64,000 nt of DNA from Eledone cirrhosa (Eukaryota). Positions 54,002 through 64,000 of the stretch are shown piece by piece (within the stretch, counting starts at the first letter, position 1; every line of letters starts with the position of its first letter). The position numbers and the translations under genes were made by a program. Location of the stretch: positions 118,358,001-118,422,000 of the forward strand of contig OZ024743.1 of the NCBI GenBank assembly GCA_964016885.1. The letters run 5' to 3'. Under the pieces are notes generated by a model. It worked only from the letters and a program-made list of their open reading frames with translations. It was not told where the DNA came from and did no database searches.

Positions 54002-56268
54002 CTAGCAGAATTCTCGCCATCGCTCAGGTTAAGATGTGGCTATAAAAGAATAAGTGCAAAGTTTGTAGCACAGACGACCGCTCCTATTTCATACTTTAAA
54101 CGGGAAAATACCAACTGACTAATATATGCAGGCTACATATGAATACAAAATGTCTTTTTTAAAGATGTTTACTTACTAGTCTGAGAAGGAATGCCAGTGC
54201 CCATTAGAATGGACTTATCCATAAACAGAATACTTGTAACATAGTAGACTCGACAAAGGGGACCCAAATAACAGGTAAAGATTCACTGACTTGAGATTTG
54301 CACCTAAGTACAACGTGATTTCAACTCACAATACAAAGGGCAAACACAAATACGGCGAGGCATTTCATTCGATGCACTAATATTTCCAGAATTCCACCAC
54401 TTTGAACTGAGAATATATTCATGGATTCTGAAGGAATAACAAGGTAGTGATGTTAGTGGTATTAGTACTCGGAATGAAGAAACCCAGAGCAAATATCAAA
54501 AGATGTTTTGTCTTTGGCTCAAAAGGCCGTGCCAGTTAGGCCATTTAAAGATGAGTTGAAAGCAGAGTGTCGTTACATAAATCATATATAAAAACAAAAC
54601 CATTCTTATTACGAATGAAACGTCCAGCGTCAACTCTAATATTGAAATTTGGAGTAAGTTTCGACAATATTGACATAAATATTTGAAATATGAATGTATT
54701 CCTTTGATCACTAATATGACAATATTTACGTATAGATTTTGTGAAAGGACATTTTGATTCAATGATGTAATAAAAGCACCCATGGTATAATATCACTTTC
54801 AGATGATGCATGTATATCAATTAAGTAAATATTTCCAATGTTTAAGATATAGAATAAACCTCTCTTACAATACATCATTTAATATAAAAAAAAAACTGGA
54901 ATCCCACAGAATTGGAGAGGATATTATTTTGCAGATCTAAATGAAGTAATAGAAACTGTTATGGAGAAGGAATTTGAATCTATTCTTAAGGGTTTTTTCT
55001 CTTTGTGGCAATAAATGTTAACAAATCGATAACATCAGAACTCAAAACGGAAGTTCTTTTTATCCAATTGGACGGATGAATATTTAGAGCATTTAATATT
55101 CTCATAGTGTATTTTTTAATTGTTGTTTCCATCTTAATAAGAAAAATTATTCTTTATGATTTTTTCTCCAAAATTATTTTTTAAATCTCAAAAATATTTC
55201 TTAATGCGGTAAATGGATTATATTGGAGAAAAATACAATTTCTCTTGCTATTATTATGGTAATTGTTTTTTCTAGCACTGAAATGGTGGTGTTAGACCGC
55301 GCGATGGATTTGGTTTAACGCCGAAGTAGTTCATAACCTGATGCAAGAGTATATGTGCATGACACGACGTTCGTGCGCATGCAGAAGCCCGTCGCGAGTG
55401 TGCAGATGCATGACCCAACCTAGGTGCACATGCAAAAACACGGCACCGGTGGGATGGGCAAGGCGTAAGGCAATTGTTTATGTGCGAGATACGAGGTTAC
55501 TTTGCATGTGTTAGACGTGACTCGTGTACGCATGCGTATGTTAGGACGCCGATGCACATAGGGAAGACCCGATGCAATACAAGAGCGCGAAGAATAATGA
55601 GAGTACGCACGTGTAGGACCCGTGCGAATCTACATGGTTATTACTGCATATGCGCAAGAAGTGATGCTAATATGCAGACGCTAGACACGGCTCGAGTGTG
55701 CATGCACAAGTTTGAAACAATACTGCACATGCTCAAAGCCCGAAACATCTGCACAGAACAGAAAGGTATTGCAGACGCGTTAGATCCGCTGTTAGAATGT
55801 ACTCGCATAGTAAGATGCAAGTCCACATGAACAAGACAGCGCTAATGAATATGGACCAGAAACGACGCTTTATTGTCATGAATTGTGTGTGCATGTGCAC
55901 TGTTATTTTCCTTGCACATGCCTAAGTCACGACGCAAATGCACTCGCAAAATACACGACGTTAGAGCACTGGCGCAAATCTTGAGGCGAGTGCGCAGGCG
56001 TAAGAACCGATGGAGATGCTTATGCTCAAGATCTTACGTATGCGTCGATATTGGGCATGCGCATTCGCGCACATACAGCACATTTTGCACAAACGCCCTT
56101 GCATCTTGTTTTAAACTTTGAAAAAATATTTCTTTTAATTGAGATTAAATCCCCCAAACGAACCCCAACCATCCTTCGATCCGACTACCTAAAATGTTCA
56201 TTTTCGAACATCAGCAAAGAGTGAAACCTTGAACAAGAACATCAACATAGCGTGATTCATAATAGAGA
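54002..56268 (-). mobile_element. Old Helitron-like element with possible helicase remnant
   Basis: CTAG|T end at 54002 on the minus strand. FIRN...DLCNDTLL resembles the RepHel LLRN...GLCNGTRL motif. A TC-start candidate lies at about 56268. Confidence 0.4.
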
Positions 56269-56434
56269 TGCATATGAAGATAGATCTATAATAAGCATAA
56301 GTTTCGATACGTGTTTAAAACTGTGATCATGTTACAGATTAAAACACGAATTTCGAGGCATGTGTATTTTCATTTTACATAAACATGTTGTATATGCGTT
56401 ACTATTATCTCCCTCTCTCTCCCGTGGTCTCTTT

Positions 56435-56469
<35 letters not shown>

Positions 56470-56477
<8 letters not shown>

Positions 56478-59400
56478 AAAATGGAACGGGAACAAAACAG
56501 AGAGGCAGAACGAACAAAGGTTTATTATTTTCCCGCTCTTGAGAGTATGGGGCGGGAGGGCGGGGGCGTTTCGGGCATAAGCTCTTCTTCAGGCGGCGAA
56601 AAGTGTGTGGGAAGAGAGTTCCAAGGGTGTGTAGGGGAGTGGGGGAGAGACATTTAGAAAAGAGGGGGTGAGAGGAAACGGTGGAAGTGGTACAAATGAA
56701 AAGAAATATGAAAAGAAATATGAAAAATAATAATAAAAATAGAAATAAACATGAAGATAAACAAGTGGTGGAAGGATGTGGGGCGTGTAGGGGTGGTGGT
56801 GGGTGGAGTGGGGAGAAGGAGGCGGGTGTCCGAGCGGAAGGTGGTTTGTGTGTGTCGGTGTACGTGTGTGTGTGTGTGTGTGTATGTGAATGTGAGAGTT
56901 GGGGGAAGAACGGGGTTCCATATTCAGAAAAAGGTGTGTGTGGGGTGGAGTGTAGGTCGGTGTGTGTGTGCGTGTGTGGATGGGGAGGGGTCAGGGGGTG
57001 GGTTAGGGAGGGAGAGGATTCCGGAGGCTGAGTGTGTAAATATGTGGGGGCACGCACGTGTGTGTGGTGTTTATACGTATTGTGGATGTAGGTGGCATGT
57101 GGGAAAAATTTGTTTGTGAGTGTATGTCCGTGGGTAAGTTCCTAAGGTAGTTCCGTAGAGGATGTGGTGGGATGCCGGATATTTTCTGATGGAGTCGATT
57201 CGTGGGAGCGAGGTCCAATGTGTGTAATCCGTGGTTGGGTTGGTCGGAAGAGGGGAGATGTGGGGTGCGCGCGCAACAGAAAGTGGTCAGAGGGTCAAGG
57301 CAGGAGGAGGGTTGTGTGTCTGTGTGTGCGGAGAAGTGGTCAACGGGTCCGGCATAGCAGCAGTAGGGGAGAATGGCAGGTGAAGAAAGTCGGTGTGTCA
57401 GTGTGTGCGGAGGCGCGGTGGACGGGGGAGAGGATGGGTAGGTGTGAAAGGTGGAGTGGTGAGGGGGTCGTGCGGGTGGAGGGGGTGTATTAGTAGCGGT
57501 GTTAGTGGGATGTGTATGTGTGAGTGAAGGGGTGTGGGTCGAGCGGGGAGAGGGAGAGAGATATGGGGACGGTGGAGGGAGTGTGGTGTACTGGTGTGTG
57601 TGTGCGTGTTTGGATGAGTGTGTGTATGGTGAAGGGGTGTTAGTGGGTGTTACTATACATGTGGTGGGGAAAGGGTTGAATGCGGGTGTGTTAGTGGGGG
57701 TCAGTGGTGGTAAGGTGTGTAGAGTGGGTGGTGTAAGTGGGTGTGGGTGAGTGGGTGTGTTCGTGTGCGTGGGGTTGGGGGGATGTTAGTGGTATTCATT
57801 GTGGGGTGGTGGGAGTGGATGTGTGGGTGAGGGTTAGTGGTGGTAGTAGGGTGTGTGGTTAGTGTGAGGAGGTGAAGTCGAGGTAGGAGTTTGAGTCGGT
57901 GGGTTTGAAGAAGGCGTAGGTGACGAGGGAGTGGTGGGAGGGGTCGAAAGCGACAGAGATGTCTAAGAAGTGGACGTGGGTTGTGGAGATAGAGGTGGTG
58001 AAATGGAGGGAGGGGTGGAAAGAGCAGAAGAAGGAGAGAAAGGAGTCGAGCTGTTCTCGGGTGAGGGTCGTGGCTCCGATACAGTCGTCGATGTAACAAC
58101 CGTACAGTTCGGGCGTGGGCCCAGTGTACTGGGCAAAGATTTGGGCTTCAACATGGCCAACGAAAAGGTTGGCATAGTTTGGGCCCATTCTTGTGCCCAT
58201 GGATAACCCCGTGACCTGTTGGTAAAACTCACTCGAGAAGGAGAAACAGTTGAGGGCGAGGACCGGCTCGGCGAGGCGAAGGAGGGTGGGGTGGAGGGGA
58301 TGGGGAGGGGGAGGGGCGATGGTCGAGGTAGTGCTTGAGGGCACTTAGGCCGTCGGCGTGGGGATGACTGTATAGAGCGACTTGATATCTAGGGTGAAGA
58401 GGAAGGGCTGTGGGCCGGGTGGGAAGGTGAAGGAGTCGAATACGCGAAGAGCGTGGTTGGTGTCGGAGATGTGGGAAGGGAGGGGGGTGACGAGGGGGGT
58501 GAGGATGGAGTCAAGAAAGGCGGAGATGAGTTCGGTGGGGCAGTTGCTAGCGGAGACGATGGGGCGGCCATGGTTGTCGGGTTTGTGGTGTTTGGGGAGG
58601 AAGTAGATAGTGGGGGTGCGGGGGGTGCGGACGATGAGACGGGAAGCGGTGTAAAGGGGGGGGAGACAAGGTGTTGGATGTTGGAGGAAACTTGTTGTTG
58701 GTAGAGGGGTGTGGGATCGGAGGGTAGAGGGCGGTAGAAGAGGGGGTTACGGAGCTGCCTGTGGGCTTCAGCCTTGTAGAGGTCAGCGCGCCACACCACC
58801 ACTGCGCCTCCCTTGTCCGCCGGTTTGATGACGATGTCATCTCGGCTACGGAGGGAGCGGAGAGCGAGGAGTTCGCCCCGTGAGATGTTATTCCATTGGG
58901 ACCGGTGGCGGAAGTCGAAGCGATTTACTGCGCTACGGCAGGCATCGACGAACGCGTCCAAGGTGCTAAATTGCCCTGGGGCCGGCGTCCAAGACGATGG
59001 TCGTCGGCCCAGGGCGAGAAACGTGTCTGGGGCGTTCGGAGCCGGTGGCGTTTGACCGAAATGTGCCTGTAGCTTCGTGTGTCGCATGAATCGCTCGACT
59101 TCCGTTCGGGTGCGGAACTCGTCGCGGAGTGTGGGGTATGAAGCGAAGGCCGCTACTGAGGGGTGAACGATCGGGTGCGGAGAGAGGGAGGTCAGGAGGT
59201 ATGGTGACAACAAGTGGTGGGGTTTGGGTGAGTGAGGGAGGAGGGGAGGGTGTGGCGAGGGGTGAGGTGGGAGGTGGAGATTGGGTAGGGGTGGAGAGTG
59301 GTGGGATGGGTGGGATGGTTGAGGGGGGAGTCATAGGGATGGGCAGGGTGGTAGATGGGGGTGGTCGGGAAGAGTGAGTGTAGCTTACGGGTTTTGGTGG

Positions 59401-59777
59401 AGGTGAGGAAGGAGAAGAGGTCGTGGTAGAGGTTTTTGATGAAGAGGAAGATGGAGTGGGCGAGGAGGGGGTGGCAGGCGGAGTTAAGGCGGAAGAGGGT
59501 GGGGGTCAGTTGGTAGTCAAGTTTGCGGATGGTGGAGCGGGAGGAGAGGAGGGAGTTGCGCATTAGGAGGCGCGAGGATCGGGTGATGATACGTTGGGTG
59601 GAGGGGGAAGCGTGGGGGGGGAGTGTAGACGGAAGCCGAAGGGTATAAGGTGGAGGTGGAGGTGGAGGCAGTGGCTGAGGAAATGGATGTGGCTGGAGTG
59701 CCGGGTTTTGGCGAAGAGAAGGCAGGAGAGTTGAAGGGCAGAGGGGGGATAGCAGGGTGGGAGGAGGGAGGTGAGGG

Positions 59778-59780
<3 letters not shown>
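56470..59780 (-). mobile_element. Penelope-like retroelement, decayed RT ORF, 3' hammerhead remnant
   Basis: Motifs: NNISRGELLALRSL..DIVIKPADKGGAVVVW, LDIKSLYTVIP, FYQQVTGLSMGTRMGPNYANLFVG, YIDDC, FLDISV, KPTDSNSYL..SSH. CUGAAGA-stem-GAAAC at 56592 down to 56568. (TA)n flanks. Confidence 0.9.
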
Positions 59781-59865
<85 letters not shown>

Positions 59866-59957
59866 TTATAAATATATATCTATATATATCTAGGGCGGGT
59901 AAATTTCCGAGATTATATATATGTATATATATATGTGTGTTTATGTATATCTATTTA

Positions 59958-60075
<118 letters not shown>

Positions 60076-60186
60076 CATGTACGTATATCTATGCATCTAT
60101 ATATATATGTGTGTGTGTACGTGTGTATATATATATGTATGTATGCATTTGATTTGTACACATACATACATTCACATTTACACACA

Positions 60187-60318
<132 letters not shown>

Positions 60319-60824
60319 CACATTTATATATCAATGTGTGTGTATGTATGTATGTATGCACGTATGTATTTTGCATCCTCAAATGAGTATCCATCGTATG
60401 TCTTCCTCATTCCCCACCACCCCACATAATCCTTAACCTCAACACTTCTTCCTGCTTTCTCTATATCTTATTTATATATCTTATTTATATATATGTATAT
60501 AAGTGATATATAAATAAGATTGTCAATCAATTGATCCTAATTACCGCTTCGTCGACTTTGTTTATCCTGCTCTGATATCTACAAAACACTGTAGTGTTGA
60601 CAGCCCAGCCTCCCCGTTTCACTACTGTCGGCAACAGCTTGTTCTCAGATGTGAAATCGCATCAATAACCATCAATAAGCCATTAACCACCCAACTCCAC
60701 ATCACTACCGTTAATAACTACCACCAAAACACTCACCACCAACAACAACAATAACAATCCACAGCACATCATCAATAACCACAACTCTCGTCACAATTAA
60801 CACCAATAAGAGAAGACGCTGACA

Positions 60825-60832
60825 ACAATAGC

Positions 60833-60868
<36 letters not shown>

Positions 60869-60930
60869 TGTAACCATGGCACCTGTAATATCCTGAAATC
60901 CTCATCTTGGCAATCATCATCATCATCATT

Positions 60931-60981
<51 letters not shown>

Positions 60982-61225
60982 TTCATCCCCATCATTATAA
61001 CCATCATCATCATGACCATCATCATGATCATCATCGTCATCCTAAAAATCACCGGCGTTCTCAATCATGTTCATCATCATCGTCATCGTCCTAAGTCATC
61101 TTCTTCATCATCAACGTCATCATGATCATCATTTTCATCATCATCAACATCAACAACAGCATCATAATCATCACCCTCCTCCTCATCATCATCGTTATCA
61201 TCATCATCGTCATCATCATCATCGA
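60825..61225. repeat. (CAA)n/(CAT)n trinucleotide repeats
   Basis: Directly visible. Confidence 0.95.
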
Positions 61226-62596
61226 CCCTGATTATGTAAATCTCCGATGAATGGTATTGCAGTCAGGATCATGTCTTTTCTCAATGTGCAATGTGCTGGA
61301 AACCAAGGATCAAACTATCCAGTGTCCTTTTTTTATATACAAATGTAGGGTGTTCCAGAAGTGTGGTTTAGCTGCTATGTCTAGCAGGCTATGCCTTTAT
61401 TCATATTTTACATTTGAGCTGTCCCTATGTATTCACTCATTTAAATGTTCTATTTCGGTTTCTGACATGTATTGGCTTTGACGTTGCACCTTCTTAAAGA
61501 AGTTAGACTGCTGGAAACGAATGTTATGACTAGATACGAGATATGTTCTATCTAAATTTTATACGAGTATATTGTCGTAGATATTTTTCTTTTTTTTTTG
61601 TTTATAGTATAAAATATGGCTGTAGAACAAGAGATTATGCAGTTTATGTTATTTCTGAATCATATAATTTTCTCCGGGTAGACGCATGTTTTATAAGATT
61701 GTTTTTTACAGTTGATGGCGAGTTTGCACATCTATTTTTCATACTTTTCATGCATCAAAGTTAATATTGGCATTGTCCTTTTAACTGTGGTTATAATGAT
61801 AATCATTGTCTGTGTTGTTTATATTATTGTGTGTGGGAGAATCTACTAAATTAGTTGGGCATTAATATGTCAAGAATTTTCTTAGCTCGTTTAACGTTTA
61901 CCATTTACATTACTCTATATTTATCATTGTATTTTCATGGTAGATTCTTTGTCTCACATAATATCAAATCTACGATATTTTGATATTATTTATTTTGAGA
62001 ACAACACCTTAACATAAATATGAGCAACCGGCTATGGCTGGTTTGAACAGAAAGAGGCGAGAAAATACTGGCCAGATTATAGAAGGTTTACACGCTAAAG
62101 GGTTAAGCGTAGTGCCCAAACGTTGGTTAATGCAAACATTTGTAAAGTGTTACTTATATATCTCTCTTTCAATGCGTTCATTTTTTTTTTATTTTTGCAA
62201 TTCTATTTTTTTATAATTACATGGTGAACATATATATTTTGTGGGAGAGACAAGTAGCTTTCCCTTTGCAAATTATTAGAAAAACCACTCTGTGCCTCAG
62301 TTGTAAATTATTATTTTGTACTGGGGTACTTGTGTCCAGGCTAGAACAGATAAGGTGTGGGTTTGCACGTTGTAGAGATGGCCTAACTTCTGTTAATTTT
62401 CAATTTATTTATTACGTTCTATCACAATGTATATATATGATATACATGAATATACCTGTAATTTATAGATTAATTACATGCATCTATAACTGATTACTCA
62501 AATACTTATGAAGTAATTTGAAATGGAGCTTTCATTTGGCATCTGATTAGAGCTTATCACCAGTTTGCACGGATACGCTTGTAGCCAATATATGAC

Positions 62597-62812
62597 GTGG
62601 ATTGGCAGTATCGGTAGATGACCGGACGCCATGCTTTGCAGTATAGAGTTACGGCCCTTTATGATCTGAGTTCAAATCCCGCAGGTGTTAGATTTGCCTT
62701 TCATCCTTACGGGGTCGATAAAATAAAGTACCAGTCCCGCACTGGGGTCGATTTATTCGATATTACCCTCCGCCCAAAATTGCTGATCTTGTGCCTATAT
62801 AAGAAACCATTA
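62597..62812 (+). mobile_element. tRNA-derived SINE, long form; another head starts at about 63952
   Basis: GTGGATTGGCAGTATCGGTAGA...GAGTTCAAATCCC...core. Confidence 0.8.
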
Positions 62813-63201
62813 TTATGGATATTCAAAGAATATGGTGAATTAGCAGTGTCGGTAGATCGTTGGACAAAGACTTATCAGTGTTTGTAAATACTTAGTATTA
62901 TATAATATTTCTTCACCTAAATTGCAGACCTTGTGCCAATCTTAGAACAACACCGTTCAGATGTCAGCAGACAACATACTCCATACCAGTAATACACTGG
63001 TATAATTGCTGGCCTTGTGCCAAAAGTAGAAACAATTATTTAGTGCATTCTAAGTGTAATTACTAAGGAGTTCAACTTTTTGTCCTTCCAGTGTTGATAA
63101 AATAAAGAACCAGTCAAGTACTGGAGTCGATTTAATCGACTTTTCCGTTCCGCTAAATTGCTGGCCCTGTGCCAGTATTAGAAGAAAAAAAATCATCATC
63201 G

Positions 63202-63251
<50 letters not shown>

Positions 63252-63474
63252 GTAGTAGTAGTAGTAGTAGTAGTATGTCTGTGAGATGAGGAGAATAGGA
63301 GCGAGAAGGAGCAACAACAAAAGCAATGATATCCTGAAATGAAAACAACGATGACCGAAAATAGTGTTTCTTTGACCTTTTCAACGATCCGCTTGGTTTC
63401 ACACACGAATACCTTCCTTATCTCAATGTACCCGGCAACTGCTACTGTTGCTGCTGCTGCTCCTGCTCCTGCTG

Positions 63475-63515
<41 letters not shown>

Positions 63516-63689
63516 GATGCTACTGTATGTTTCGCACAAGTATGTTCACATTCATACATACATATATTTTTATTATTATTCCCAGTAAAATAAAGTGCCA
63601 GTAACAAATTGTGATATATTTAATGGTATTTCCCTTCCAGCAAAATTGTTGGCCTTGTGCCTAAATCAGAAACCATTATTATTATTTCC

Positions 63690-63937
63690 GGTGCCTCCTC
63701 TGAGAGAGATCAATTTGTCCTAGCGGACAGGGTGTCCATGGCTTTTTGTGGCCTTCATGAGTGACGCTTGGAGTCTACCCACCCTTGGGGAATTTGTTAT
63801 GTTTATGTTTTTAAATGTTTATTTGCTTAGTCTATGTTATAAATTTCATTTACACACAAAAAACTGCACTCTATCGTCCTGTGCCGTCTTTAATGCTTTC
63901 TTAATGTGAGCCCTGTGTGGTAATGAATACATCATTA
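63690..63937 (+). mobile_element. 3' UTR of a second Tx1-like subfamily
   Basis: Colinear similarity with 44830-45080 (GGCTTTTT..GG, TTGGGGAATTT, CGTCCTG, CCCT.TG(T)GGT.AAT). Confidence 0.5.
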
Positions 63938-64000
63938 TGGATTGGCAGAGTGGTGGATTGGCAGTATCGGTGGAAGTCGAACGCTATGCTTCGACGCATA

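Overview
AT-rich, microsatellite-saturated eukaryotic DNA with (TA)n, (CA)n, (TACA)n and (CAT)n tracts. The SINE/LINE content suggests a mollusc, probably an octopus (inference). No host protein-coding exon can be supported, and most track ORFs are microsatellite translations. Recognisable retroelements are a near full-length Tx1/L1-clade LINE (39.1-45.1 kb), a decayed RTE LINE (45.2-48.8 kb), a CRE-like RLE element (26.9-30.1 kb), a Penelope-like element (56.5-59.8 kb), R4/Dong-like and RTE tails, many tRNA-derived SINE copies and Helitron ends. The most striking signal is a set of unrelated non-coding elements inserted in (TA)n that carry type I hammerhead ribozyme (HHR) motifs and share a head-to-head fold-back architecture. 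The best case is a 591-bp tandem array (5.85-8.13 kb). Its hammerhead has a compensatory U3:A8 core, and its inversion breakpoint lies exactly at the predicted self-cleavage site. A second tandem family of about 421 bp (10.5-11.8 kb) has a canonical minimal HHR. These look like retrozyme / non-autonomous Penelope-type elements. All ribozyme calls were folded by eye and have not been tested.
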